Origin: Octopus vulgaris
Lineage: Eukaryota
Assembly (NCBI GenBank): GCA_951406725.2
Contig: OX597832.1
Coordinates: 1,116,001-1,180,000, forward strand
DNA length: 64,000 nt
Direction of reading: 5' to 3'
The position numbers were made by a program, and so were the translations under genes. Of this stretch, positions 51,045-63,792 are shown in pieces (position 1 is the first letter of the stretch; each line of letters opens with the position of its first letter). The notes below the pieces were generated by a model. That model worked only from the letters and a program-made list of their open reading frames with translations, did no database searches and was not told the origin of the DNA.

Positions 51045-53226
51045 CTAGCACCATAGCCCAGGTATGTAAGAAACTTTGTCGATAAGCAATGCCCTTTACC
51101 TTTTTACCCTTTTTTGTACTCATTGAACCGTTATTTTGTAAAATGAAGCCTTTAAGGCATTCAAGGCACCGTTCCCTTGCATGCATGAAGAAAATCTATG
51201 ACAGTCAAAGTGCATTTTCTGGTTTTGTTTAGGGCTACGTACACCACAAATGATATCCTGACGTTGGTTGATATTCTCAAGTCGAGTGTGCCGTGCCTCA
51301 GCAGATTGAGATGCGCGTGCGACAGCGGTAGCAGTGGCATCCCTTGAAAGCCTTTCAGCTCTCGCCTCAGCACTCTGAAGCCCTAGCAGAAGCAGTGTTA
51401 ATGGCATCTCTGGATGTCCGAATAGTTCGTTGGTCTGGAGTTTCGGCAGATCGGGCCATGGCTGTGCTTGCGGCGTCAGCAGCTTGGTGAGTTCTCCTCT
51501 GCTGTAGGGTTTCGACAGATCATGTCCTGGCGGTGCTAGGATGGTCCCTTGTTCGGGGTTCTCGCGAGCTCTGTGGATGGAAGCACAGGTAGAAGCCCGC
51601 ATGTTTTGGCTGGACTGTTGCTCTTTCGTCAACCTCGGACAGAGGGAAGATTTGTATGCTGCGGCCCTTGCAAGTCGGGTAGAATGGTCGCTAGTAGTTT
51701 CAGATGCCTGAGCAGTGGCAAAACGGGAAGCTTTTTGCGAGAGGCATAAGGCGGTTTCCTCGTGGGTCTCGCGTGCCCTTCTAGGCTTAGCAGCCGATGC
51801 CTTGGTCATCCGAGGTCTGAGGAGGGTCCTTCTCTTCTTGGGTGGCATTTTGGTGGATAGCAATGTGTTTAGCAAAGGTGTAATAAAAAGGAACACGTGG
51901 GGTAAGTATCCTAAAATGTACAAAAACGGAAAAAAAGCAGGCAGCAATGTGAGTGACAACAACGAAAAAGCGAAAAATGAACAAACGAATGGAAAAGGTT
52001 TTTTGGTGCACACGACAAAAGCGGCTTATAATAAACTAAGAGTTTGCAAGTACCTTAGGGTACGTCAAAGATTCAAGGTAAAACGTTTGGGGTGGTAGTT
52101 ATAAAGAAAGTTTAAACAAAAAAAGTATTTGAATAACTTGCGGCTGCAGCAGCGATTAGCAGAAGTAGGCCAATGTGTGAAGCGAGCGGGTGTGAACCGA
52201 GAGAAGAAGTGGGAGTCACAAACTATACGCGCACAACTGAGTGTGTCAGTGCATGTGATTGACCAAAGGGTGTTTAATTGAGAGCATTGCTCACCGTTTG
52301 GGGAGCTAATGGGAAGAGATGCAATCATCGTGTCAAGGACACATGCGCACACAACTGCAAACGCATCTACAGCCCAACATTGCTCGGATTTGAAGCAAAA
52401 GGAAAACATATGCCATTTCTAGTAACCTTTATGATAAAAGCAGCAAAAATCGACTAAAGCGCCTGAAATCCGCCAACTATTTAACAAAAGTCAGTTTAGT
52501 AGGGTTCGCATGGTTGGTCTCAAAGTGATATGGTTTTGTCGATTTCTCCCAATACTTGTTAACTGCATTGACAAAAGGTTGTTAGTTTGACATTTAATGC
52601 AAACTTGATGTCCAACATCGGTGTAGGGAAAATCTATGTGAACTTTCAAAAAATATCGCAGAAAAATTGGTTTGCTATGTGTGACACATATGATGTAATT
52701 AACCGATTTTTTCCAGTAATAACGTATCCTATTGGAATCAAAAGGGCCATATAGCTCCTTGGAGCAGACATGATGCTCGCTGTGAATTTCAAAAGAAATT
52801 CCTGCCAATTTGTTAAAGATATTGTCGAAAATATGTCATCTTGAATTTGAACGCGATTTCCCAAAATGGCATGATTTTATCGATTTTTTCTGATGGTAAG
52901 GTATTGCATGGAAAACTAACGTCAGAATTAAGTTCCTTAGGGTAACATAAAGCTTCACCATGAGTTTGGTGAAAATCGATTGCAAGTTGCAAAAACTACA
53001 ACGGAAAATGTGTTGCATATGATAAGCTTAGATTCTCGACCCCATGTCGAATTTATCGATTTTTTTTCAGAACTGGGGGAACTTTTCAAAATTTTCGCTG
53101 CGTTAGTTTTGAATTATGACATTGGGCTATATGTGTGTCAAGTTTCATCAGAATCGGTTGAAAGCCGTGGTCAGGGTGAGGGTACAACCTGAGAGACAGA
53201 CAAACTGCCTTTTATATAGAGAGAGA
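51045..53226 (-). mobile_element. Internally deleted Helitron with both ends
   Basis: 5' A|TCtctctctatataaaaaggcagtttgtctg and 3' CTAG|T. ORF 51120-52013 (MPPKKRR...RRARETHEE...QSAEARAERL) resembles the repetitive Rep/Hel N-terminus. Confidence 0.8.
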
Positions 53227-53665
53227 TAATAATAATGCCACAAACCAACATATGGGGAGGAAGTAGTGTATATTTTGTGTCTTAATTTTCTTAAGGGATG
53301 TATGGATATATCATGTATTTTTGATATTTTCTCTTTCCATATTATTCTAGACTTGCTATTTATTTATTTATTTATTTAAATTAAATTTTATTAAATTATT
53401 ATTATAAACATAATAATGGTTTATAGCCGTTATCTGAAAAGAAACAGCTGTCAGAGATGTTGTCATATTTTACAATTAATAAATAATTTTATTAATTACC
53501 TCTCCATTTTCTCCTTATTCTTTAAATATATAAATATATGAACCACAGTTTATATGGTTACTTTATAGTTAAACTTTCTATAGATTGGCAACTAACCAGT
53601 ATGATCATTGGATTTATCATCACTTAATAAGGTTTATTACATTTACTTGATTATATATATATATA

Positions 53666-55900
53666 TCATCATCATCATTATCCTCATCGTTTAACATCCA
53701 TTTCCCATGCTGGCATGGGTTGGACAGTTTGACTGAGGTCTGGGGAGCCAGCGATTGCACCGGGCTCCAAACTGATCTAGCGATGTTTCTATGGCTGGAT
53801 GCCCTTCCTAACCCCAACCACTCCAAGTATGTAATGGATGCCTTTTACATGTCACCAGCACAGGAACCAGTCATGTGGGCCTGGCATTGATCATGTTTAG
53901 ATAATGCTTTTTACATGCCACTGGCATGGGAGCCAGTTAGTGGGTACTGGCATCAGCCACATTTGGTTGGTGCTTTTTATGTGCCACTGGCATAGGAGCC
54001 TGTCAGGCGGACCTGGCATTGACTACATTCAAATGGTGCTTTTTACATGCTACCGACACGGAAGCCAGTAAGAGGCCACTGGCCAAAGCCATGATATTGG
54101 TTTTACTTGACTCAACAGGTCTTCACAAGCATATCATATTGCCTGACACATCAGGGGTATTTTAAACTGGGCTGCACATGCATGGCAGCGAGAGCATATC
54201 ACCAAAGGTCTCGGTCTCCTGACATTGCCCCGGCGATGTCCAATGTTTGAAGGTCATGTTTCACCACCTCATCCCATGTCTTCCTGGGTCTACCTCTTCC
54301 ACAAGTTCTTTCCACAGTTAGGGAGTGGCACTTTCTCACACAGCTGTGCTCATCCATGTGTAACACATGACCATACCAGTGCAGTCATCTCTCTTGCACA
54401 CAACATTCGATGCTTCTTATGCCCAACTTTCCTCTCAGGGCACTTACACTCTGTCGTGTATGCACACTGACATTACACATCCAGCAGGGGATACTAGCTT
54501 CATTTCTTTCAAGCCTATGCATGTCCTCAGCAGTCAAGGCCAATGCTTCACTGCCATGTAGCATGGCAGTTCTCACACATGCATCATACAGTCTACCTTT
54601 CATCCTGAGCGAGAGCCCCTTAGTTGCCAGCAGAGGTAGGAGCTCCCTGAATTTTTCCCAGGCTATTCTTACTCTAGTCACTACACTCTCAGGGCAACCA
54701 CCACCATTACAAATTTGGTCGCCTGGGTAGCAGAAGCTATTAACTACTTCTAGTTTCTCCTCTTAGCATATGATGGAATCAGGTTTCTGTACATCTTCAG
54801 TGTTTATTGCTCCAGTGCATCTGCCACACACAAAAACTATTTTCACGGTTTACCTTCCTTTGATATTGCCGCATCTTTTATGTGTCCATAGCTTACATCA
54901 GGTACATCGTATGGCATTTTTACCCATGCCTTTTCTACAGATCAAGCAGGGCCATCTACCTAAAAGGGGTTGTGATTTGACAGCCTTCCTACTTACTAAG
55001 ACTTTGGTTTTTGCTAGGTTAAACCTAAGGCCTTTTGGTTCAAGACCTTGCTTCCACACCCTAAACTCCGTCTCTAGTTCTGGCAGTGACTCAGCTATTA
55101 GAGCAAGGTCATCAGCATAGAGGAGCTCCCAGGGGCAGCCTGTCTTGAATTGTGTTATTGCCTGGAGGACTATAATGAATAAGAGGGGGCTGAGGAATTT
55201 TTAACTGTACTTGTTGCCAACCCTCACCTTACTGACAGCTCTTACCAACCACTCATCTATCTCCAGTTTCCACATTGACCACCAGATATGTGATCGGGGG
55301 ACCCTGTCAAAGTCAACAAAATCTAATATAGAGGTTTATCTTTGGCTAGATATTTCTCCTACATTTGCTTTACCAGATATATACCAGAAGAGGAGAAACT
55401 AGAAGTAGTTAATAGCTTCTGCTACCTAGGCGACCAAGATATTTCTCCTGCATTTGCGTTACCAGAAATATAGTGGTGCTTCTGCCTAGCACAAAACCAA
55501 ACTGCATCTCTTCTAGGCTAACTCACTCCCTAATTAGTTGGGCTGTGACCTTCTCTGTAACTTTCATCACCTGATCCAATAATTTGATACCCCTGAAGTT
55601 ATTTCTATCTGAAGCATCACTTTACCCTTGTAGCAGTTGACTATGGTGCTGCTACACCAGTCATTGGGTATGACTCATGAACTACCTGATTTATGATGCA
55701 GGATATTTTAAGGATCTCAGTGGTGTTTCCTGATGGGCCAGGTGCTTTCCCTGTCTTCATATCCTTAATTGCTTTATCTACCAGGGTACTGTCAATTCAG
55801 GTAGCTGGTCCCTCAGTTGGGTCAACCATTGGCAGACTCCTCCCATTCATTTTCCACATTCAGCAGTCTTTCATAATGACATTTCCAAGCCCCTTTCTTT
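53666..55900 (-). mobile_element. Decayed RTE family A copy with about four UTR units
   Basis: Tail at about 53666-53690; ORF pieces 54385-54681 and neighbours; KAPGPSG at about 55740. Confidence 0.9.
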
Positions 55901-57098
55901 CCTATTTACTACAAATATAGCTCCACATATAACATTTAGCTGTAACTCACATATGCAAATGAAGGAAAATAATGAAAACAAACAGTCTTCGGTCAGTTGT
56001 GGACGCGTTTCTGGGTTAGAGTTATCAAGAACTCATTCCCATCATCAGCACAACAATCCAATAAATTATAGATTTGCAAATGCTATTAACCTACCTCTTG
56101 CATCCCCATCCCGCACCATCAGAGATAACAGAAGATAGTCAGCACAATTAAATCCATATAGACGAATGAATTCATATTTTCTCTCCAAGATTACCATGTG
56201 TGTTACAAAATAGTATCGCAGAAAGAGAACTGTGGTTTGTTATAAGGGAGTGAAAAATTTCATTATTAATAATATAAGGGTAAATAATTATTAATTTTAA
56301 AAAATTTCGGTATGTGGCTAATAATGCAATTTGCTATATCTACATAAATAAAATAATGTAGTAATTATTTTCTCTTTCTTCACGTTCTTCAACTTATTAA
56401 TGAAATGTATTTCTGTAATTATGAAAATGTATTTTTTATAGTGGTTAAAAGAACACGAAATTATTTATATTCAACATACATGCATGCATAATGTCCATTT
56501 GCATTTCAGAAAATATATTTCTTGCTCTGGCGTTTATATAGCTGGAGTCAGGATTTACGTATAATGATAACACTTATAAGTAAGTTATAAGTGACAATTT
56601 TATCATTATATATCCCTACTTCAAAAGTTAAATATATTTATCTATTTCCCAATAGGAAACATAATAAAGTAGCGTTACACTAACAGTGAACAAACCAACC
56701 AGAAAACATCCGCTTTATAATAAAACTGGTAACCGCTATAAGAAAACTGGTGACCCCGACATGATCAACAATTCAAACAAGTCTTGTTGGATTTTTCATA
56801 GACATGGCATAAAAAAATAACCAATGTCTCAAAGGAGTGAGTGTCGTGGAGTTTAGTTACATCACTCAAACACTAAAGTTTTTCCCCAAATCCAGGGTTT
56901 TTATAACTGCTCAGTTGACTTTAAAGAATTGAAATCACCTAAAAATATTCTTTAACTAATTTTTAGAATTCCTATATGAGCAGTTATTTCAACCAATGGG
57001 AAAACGACAATCATATTTCTTCGGCAATACAACATTACGTCATATTGCCAGCTACCACAAATTGGCGCTACTATTTGAAAATGGCTACACGCTACAAT

Positions 57099-57903
<805 letters not shown>

Positions 57904-58542
57904 ATTTCGGAATGGTCATATTGCCAGTTTAGCCAATAAAAACACACGCACTATATATTTGGTGTTATTTTGCTTCAGTGATATTTATTTTTTACATTAA
58001 TCTTAATCTTATTTCGGCCAAAGTTCTTTCGTCACACTCCTGTGACCGCATCAGTGGTCCTTTGTTTTCTTCTCACTTACTTGTGTCTCTCCTTACTAAC
58101 CGTCAGCCATTTTGTATTTCTATTGTATGTCTTCATTTGCGCATGCTTATATCTCTATGTGCGTCTATGTTTATTTAGTGTGTGGGGGGGATGCCTGTAA
58201 TATTTGTATCTTCTGGTTATATACATTCTTGTAATTTGTATTTTGTTTTTGTTGTTGTTGCTTTTGTTCTAATTTTATTCATGTGTTTACATCCACCCAT
58301 TATTATCATTACATATGCTTGTATGTATGTATAACAACAATATTAGTAATAATAATAATAAATCTAATCGAGAAAAAAAAAAAAAAAAAAAAAAAGAATA
58401 TACATATACATATATATATATATACATACATATACATATACATATATATATATATATATATACATATATACACACATATATACACATATACATATACATA
58501 TATATATACATAAAAATCTTGCACAACAAATATTTAAACGTA
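57904..58542 (-). mobile_element. Solo PLE pLTR (copy of 47980-48470) with a short inverted terminal piece
   Basis: High similarity to the pLTR at 47.9-48.5 kb; 58511-58541 is the reverse complement of about 47921-47952. Confidence 0.85.
58016..58060 (-). ncRNA. Hammerhead-like motif (second copy of the pLTR variant)
   Basis: Same as 48094-48138, with U at the cleavage position. Confidence 0.55.
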
Positions 58543-58548
58543 TATATG

Positions 58549-58583
<35 letters not shown>

Positions 58584-58923
58584 GTATATATATATATGTA
58601 TATATATATGTATTTATATATATGTATATATATATATGTATATATATATGTATTTATATATACATATATATATATATGTATATGTATATATATATAGAAA
58701 TATTAAAATTACTAAGTCTCTCTAAAGGAGATTACGGCAGCGTTACTGGAAATTAATAGTTATCGCCATACTAATATTGCAGTCTTATAAATATAAGACT
58801 AAAGCTGTCGCTGATTAGTTCCAAGAGGCCACCGCCTCAAGCTAGCTATTTGACACACAACCTGCGTCCATTACAAACCTTCGAACAAGGGAGGTCAGCC
58901 GCTTCATCCTGCCAGTCAGACAG

Positions 58924-58964
58924 CTACAGACATGTTTCAGGGTTGTTTCCCCTTATCAATGCAG
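58924..58964 (-). ncRNA. Decayed minimal type I hammerhead
   Basis: ctgca-TTGATAA-gggg(aaacaa)ccct-GAAAC-at-GTC-tgtag; palindromic stem III ACATGT; two core mutations. Confidence 0.55.
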
Positions 58965-59324
58965 CGTAGTCAGACTTGCAGGTGTCGCTACTGAAATCTT
59001 TATTATAGGCACTAAGTCCCGAATTAAGAGGGGACATTACAAAACAGGACGTGGGGTACATAAATTAAAAAATCGAAAATTATGAGTCGCAGTTTCATTT
59101 AAAATACAATTTTACAATTACATATATTACTCTGCTACGTCGGACGCTCGTCTGTAATGCCTGGTTCTTCATCTGTTATATATTCTATTAAGCTCTCCTG
59201 ATCCACAATAGCTGGTAAGGTGTCATAACGTACATATAACCATTCAAATATACTATAATCATATACCATTTTCTTCACTGTCTCTTTCTCCACGATCACC
59301 GCATTCCACAGGTCACTATATATT

Positions 59325-59729
59325 TGTAACGAGGATCTGTTATCGATTCACTGAAAGGGTGTCGATATCCGATCTAGTCACATGCAATTTTATAAGACAA
59401 TACAGACGAAGTCAGGTTGTAGGTAAAAGACAGCAGTTCGTTTATTTATTGCGATGTCGTACGTGTGTCTGATGGGAGAAGGACAGCCTCTGATGTACAG
59501 CTTCTTGTTAGTTTGTTGATGGTCGTTGGCGGCTATGTCGGTGAGGTTGTCAGAGCCTGTTGAATGTACGTCCGATCGCGATGAGCTGGCTTGCCGGAGA
59601 GAAAGATTTGAGTTTGGCGGGTAAGGGAACGTTTCCCGCACATGCGCATGGGGAAGACTTCCGGTGGCCACCCGGAAGTAGTCCCATTCTGCGCATGCGC
59701 GCTGAACCCTACACAGTAGCATCACTACA
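59325..59729 (-). repeat. 3' LTR (405 bp, TG...CA)
   Basis: Minus strand TGTAG...GTTACA; the first 208 bp match 63793-64000. Confidence 0.93.
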
Positions 59730-60144
59730 AGGCTCCCCTTCGAGTGCGAAGTACGACAACAAGAAAATTTGTGGTGGTGCTGCAGAAAACAGAAGGCTTG
59801 CCGATCCCCCAGAAGACTTGGTACATAATATCATACAACAAGAAAAATTTGAAAGAAAGTTAAATGTAGATTGTCTTTGAAAGTTTCTTGGGCTAATGCA
59901 CTGTTCTGCCCGATTTTGTAACATACGGTGTGCTCGGGGCACCCGTTGACGGCGAGGGTGGTTTTGTAGGAGCCGGTGAAGGCAAAGGCGTCTGTGCAGG
60001 TGAAGGTGTTTGTGCAGGTGAAGGCGTTTGTGCAGGTGAAGGTGTTTGTGCAGGTGAAGGCGTTTGTGCAGGTGAAGGTGTTGTTAAAGGTGGGTGTGTC
60101 AAGGTTGTCATCAAAAGATGAAGACGTCTCAAAATGTGCTTTTT

Positions 60145-61230
60145 TTAAACGGTCTCCGAACGACCATTTATCTCAATCGTGAAGACCTTTGGTGTGCGAG
60201 AAAGCACACGGAAAGGTCCTTTATAGGGAGAAACAAGTGGTCCCTTGACAGAGTCGTCCCGAACAAAAACATGCGACCAGGTGTTCATATCCGGTGGAAG
60301 ATGGGACGGTGGAGATTGCTTTCTGGGAACCATGGGTGGAAGGCTCGAAAAGTATGCACGCAGTCTGGTGACATAGGTCGCCGGATCATGGGGCTGGGAA
60401 GTGTCTGGCACCAACATCGTACGAGGCAATGCCAGTGTGGTACCATGCAGCAGCTCTGCAGCAGAAAACCCCAGGTCTGCTTTGACAGCAGTCCGACAGC
60501 CGAGAAGCACAATGGGCAGAAATTCAATCCAGGACTGTGGGTCTGAAGAGGCACGAAGAGCGGCCTTGAGCTGTCTATGGAACCGCTCAACTAATCCATT
60601 AGACGCTGGATGGTAGCTTGTAGTGTGGATATGGTGCACACCTAAAATTCGCGACAATTCGCGAAATAGCGAGGCTTCAAACTGACGTCCACGATCAGTT
60701 GTCAATCGGGACGGGACTCCGAAGCGAGAAATCCAGTTTGAAACGAAGGCTCGCGCAACAGTCTCAGCAGAAATGTCTGCTATCGGAATGGCTTCTGGCC
60801 AGCGGGAGAAGCGATCGACACAAGTTAACAGATAAGAGAACCCGCGACTCACAGGCCATGGTCCAACCAGATCGATGTGGACATGGCGAAAACGGGCCTT
60901 CGTGGGGGGAAATTGTCCAAGCGGGGCACGAACGTGCCGTTGAATCTTGGATCGTTGACACTTGGAGCAGGTGCGTATCCGAGAAGTAACAGTGCGACGC
61001 ATATTCGGCCAGAAAAACCGAGCAGTGATTAGTTTAAGGGTGGCAGCGATGCCAGGATGTGATAAGGAGTGCAGTGCTTCAAACACTGAGCGTTGATGAT
61101 TCTCAGGCACGAGTGGCCTGGGAGAACCAGTGGAAGTATCACAAAGAATGGTGCCTTCGGCTGACGGAAGCGGAAGGTAGGAAAACTGGCAATAGGAGAA
61201 CTTGGGAGAAGTTAAGTATAACGACGCCAA
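60145..61230 (-). CDS. Gypsy integrase segment (frameshifted pol)
   Basis: HHCC (LHSLSHPG...CSKC), [21 protein letters not shown] and GPY/F motif PYKGPFRV. Confidence 0.9.
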   Translation of the reverse strand: MASLYLTSPKFSYCQFSYLPLPSAEGTILCDTSTGSPRPLVPENHQRSVFEALHSLSHPGIAATLKLITARFFWPNMRRTVTSRIRTCSKCQRSKIQRHVRAPLGQFPPTKARFRHVHIDLVGPWPVSRGFSYLLTCVDRFSRWPEAIPIADISAETVARAFVSNWISRFGVPSRLTTDRGRQFEASLFRELSRILGVHHIHTTSYHPASNGLVERFHRQLKAALRASSDPQSWIEFLPIVLLGCRTAVKADLGFSAAELLHGTTLALPRTMLVPDTSQPHDPATYVTRLRAYFSSLPPMVPRKQSPPSHLPPDMNTWSHVFVRDDSVKGPLVSPYKGPFRVLSRTPKVFTIEINGRSETV

Positions 61231-61256
61231 AGGTGGCTGCTCCTGCGAGATGGCAG

Positions 61257-61997
61257 CTAAGTCGATAGCAGCAGGAGACGAAAGGGCGCAAACTGGAAGG
61301 CGAGAGAGAGAGCGTCAGCAGGAACGTTCTCTCTTCCAGGTATGTGTCGAATGTCGCTAGTGAATTGAGAGATAAAATCCAGGTGCCGAAAAGCACGGGG
61401 TGAGAGTTTGTCCGTTTTTGAACACAGGGTAAACGTAAGGGGCTTGTGATCCGTATAGATCACAAAATCTTGCCCTTCAAGTTGATGCTGGAAATGACGA
61501 ACCGATAGATAGATCGCTAGGAGCTCACGATCAAAGGTGCTGTATCGTCGTTCAGCTGGTTGCAGTTGACGGGAAAAGAAAGCTAGAGGTCGAATATGAT
61601 CATCCACTGTGTGTTGTAACACAGCGCCAATCGCAGTGTCCGATGCGTCCACAGTCAAAGAGAGAGAAGCACCAGGAACTGGATGTGCAAGCAAAGAAAC
61701 AGAAGCCAGCTCCTTCTTAATGGACTCAAAGGCTGTCAGTGCCTCAACAGAGAGGGTGACTTGACTGTCCTTTCTAGGAGAGTCCTTTAATAGCCTGGTG
61801 AGAGGTAGCAGCTTATCTGCACAACCGGGAATAAAACGTCTGTAGAAATTGATCATCCCTAGATAATGCCTGAGCTGGCGCAAGGAAGTGGGGGGTGCGA
61901 TGCGTTGAATGGCATCGACTTTTGACGAGAGAGGGCTGATTCCACTCGAATCAATATGATGGCCTAGAAAATCTAGGGAGAGCGTCCGAAAACACAC
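61257..61997 (-). CDS. Gypsy RT C-terminus / RNase H segment (frameshifted pol)
   Basis: [33 protein letters not shown] and ENVPADALS. Confidence 0.9.
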   Translation of the reverse strand: MCFRTLSLDFLGHHIDSSGISPLSSKVDAIQRIAPPTSLRQLRHYLGMINFYRRFIPGCADKLLPLTRLLKDSPRKDSQVTLSVEALTAFESIKKELASVSLLAHPVPGASLSLTVDASDTAIGAVLQHTVDDHIRPLAFFSRQLQPAERRYSTFDRELLAIYLSVRHFQHQLEGQDFVIYTDHKPLTFTLCSKTDKLSPRAFRHLDFISQFTSDIRHIPGRENVPADALSLAFQFAPFRLLLLST

Positions 61998-63181
61998 TTG
62001 TCGGGATTTATACGTATACTATAAGCGCGAAGATGCTGAAAAAGCTGAGAAAGGTGCTGGAGATGATTTTCACGTGTGTCGCTCGCAATGAGTATATCAT
62101 CGACATAGGCAAACACAAAATCAAGACCGCGGACAACCTCATCAATGAAACGCTGGAAAGTGCTAGTAGCATTCCGCAAACCGAACCTCATATATAAAAA
62201 CTCAAAACACCCAAAGGGGGTAGTGATCGCAGTTTTCGGAACGTCGGCTGGGTTGACCGGTATTTGATGGTACGCGCGTATAAGGTCGACCTTCGAAAAA
62301 ATGGTACAACCATGGAGATTTGCCGTAAAGTCCCGCAGATTTCTAATCGGATAGCGGTCGGCTATTGTGATGGCATTGAGGCGTCGATAGTCTCCTACCG
62401 GGCGAAAATCAGACTCGCCCTTTCGCGCCAAATGAAGGGGAGATGCCCATGGGCTGGTGGAGGGGCGTATAAGGCCAAGTTGAAGCATGTGCTCAAACTC
62501 GGCCCTGGCTGTTTTTAGTCGGTATGGCGCAAGGCGCCGTGGGCGTGAAAATACAGGCGGCCCAGTGGTGGTGATGAAATGGAGAGTCGAGTGGGTAGGC
62601 TTTTCCGGTTTAAAGGCAATGTCCACTAGCTCCGGAAATGAAACCAAAAGACAGTGAAAAGGGTCTCCAGAGGTGGCAACAAAGAATGTCGGGCTAAGGA
62701 CCGCAATGGTGGAACTCCCAGTCGGTGTAGAGAGCGACGTCGTGCTATCAAGAAGCCTCCGACGCCTGACATCCACCAATAGATTAAACCTATCCAGGAA
62801 ATCAGTGCCGAGAATAGGATGCGGGATGTCAGCGATGACGAAAACCCATTGAAAGTCTCGACGAAGGTTGAGGTCGAGGCGCAGCGAAATCTGACCGTAA
62901 GTGGTTATGAGAGACGAGTCAATAGCATGCAAGACGATTGAAGAGCGCTTGGGCTTGTCTGCAGCCAGACGAAGGGGCCAGATGCTGCAACAGGAGCCGG
63001 TGTCCACCATGAAGAATTTCTTCGACACCAGTTCTTTTACAAAGAATGCACGATGTTTGGGAAACGAGATGGAAGAAGGTGACGTGCTCACCTCCTCCGG
63101 ATTTAGTTTTCCGAGGGCTTGAAAGTGCACGGCTGGGTACACCGATCTGCCTTTTCGGCATACTTCGAATGGTACCAGCAC
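61973..63181 (-). CDS. Gypsy protease + RT segment
   Basis: FMVDTGS, ILGTDFL, SPWASP, DYRRLN, FGLRNA and YVDD. Confidence 0.92.
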   Translation of the reverse strand: MLVPFEVCRKGRSVYPAVHFQALGKLNPEEVSTSPSSISFPKHRAFFVKELVSKKFFMVDTGSCCSIWPLRLAADKPKRSSIVLHAIDSSLITTYGQISLRLDLNLRRDFQWVFVIADIPHPILGTDFLDRFNLLVDVRRRRLLDSTTSLSTPTGSSTIAVLSPTFFVATSGDPFHCLLVSFPELVDIAFKPEKPTHSTLHFITTTGPPVFSRPRRLAPYRLKTARAEFEHMLQLGLIRPSTSPWASPLHLARKGESDFRPVGDYRRLNAITIADRYPIRNLRDFTANLHGCTIFSKVDLIRAYHQIPVNPADVPKTAITTPFGCFEFLYMRFGLRNATSTFQRFIDEVVRGLDFVFAYVDDILIASDTRENHLQHLSQLFQHLRAYSIRINPDKCVFGRSP

Positions 63182-63402
63182 CAGCCGGAACGAGAGTCAC
63201 TCCGACTACGGGAAATAGAGCTACTGCGAGATTGGCGCCCGATCGCACGGCACAGCTCGTCGATTCTCTGCGTAAGCGCATCGATCTTCTCGGCTAGTTT
63301 ATCGTTCGTCGGAGGTGGCTCTGTACATGAGTACAGGTCCCGCGAGGGAGATGGTAGCGAAAATTCAAATGTTTGTGAATGAGGCAAACTTGATTTAGCC
63401 AT
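63103..63402 (-). CDS. Short Gag C-terminus with CHCC zinc knuckle
   Basis: RSRSDSRSGWCWYHSKYAEKADRCTQPCTF; pol lies in the -1 frame. Confidence 0.8.
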   Translation of the reverse strand: MAKSSLPHSQTFEFSLPSPSRDLYSCTEPPPTNDKLAEKIDALTQRIDELCRAIGRQSRSSSISRSRSDSRSGWCWYHSKYAEKADRCTQPCTFKPSEN

Positions 63403-63780
63403 GTTTTTGTCGGAAGGAATCTGTCAGAAAGGGGCAGAAGGTATGATCGAGAAATGGAGAGAGAACACGTGGAACCGACAAAGCAAATCAAAATTGTGTT
63501 TTGTGTACTGTTGTGTGTGTGAGTGCACCTCGTGGGTAGCAAAAAATAAGTGTGTGTGTGTACAAAGGAAAACAAAACACAGAAAAGGAAAAAAAATGAA
63601 TGTGTGTGTGTTTTCTTTTTTTTCTTTTTTTTTGTGTACTGAGTGCGATGAATAAGCTTGTTTGTACCCACCTCACCGTACTGAAAGAAGAGAAAAAATG
63701 AAAAAAAATGAATGTTCAGTGCTCAATCTGGAAAAAGCCTGTTCGCTGCGTCTTCTGTTCTGTTCTTTTTTTTTCAGCTT

Positions 63781-63790
63781 GGGGTCACCA
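63781..63790 (-). promoter_or_regulatory. Primer binding site complementary to the tRNA-Trp 3' end
   Basis: TGGTGACCCC two nt after the LTR end; tRNA-Trp ends ...GGGGUCACCA. Confidence 0.85.
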
Positions 63791-63792
63791 AT

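Noticed and set aside
51120-52013. 297-aa ORF as a host gene
   Set aside because: It lies between Helitron termini and resembles the repetitive Rep/Hel N-terminus.
56095-56197. Possible minus-strand first exon MVILERKYEF...DGDAR with gtaggt donor
   Set aside because: It is short, shows no recognisable homology, and no downstream exons were found.
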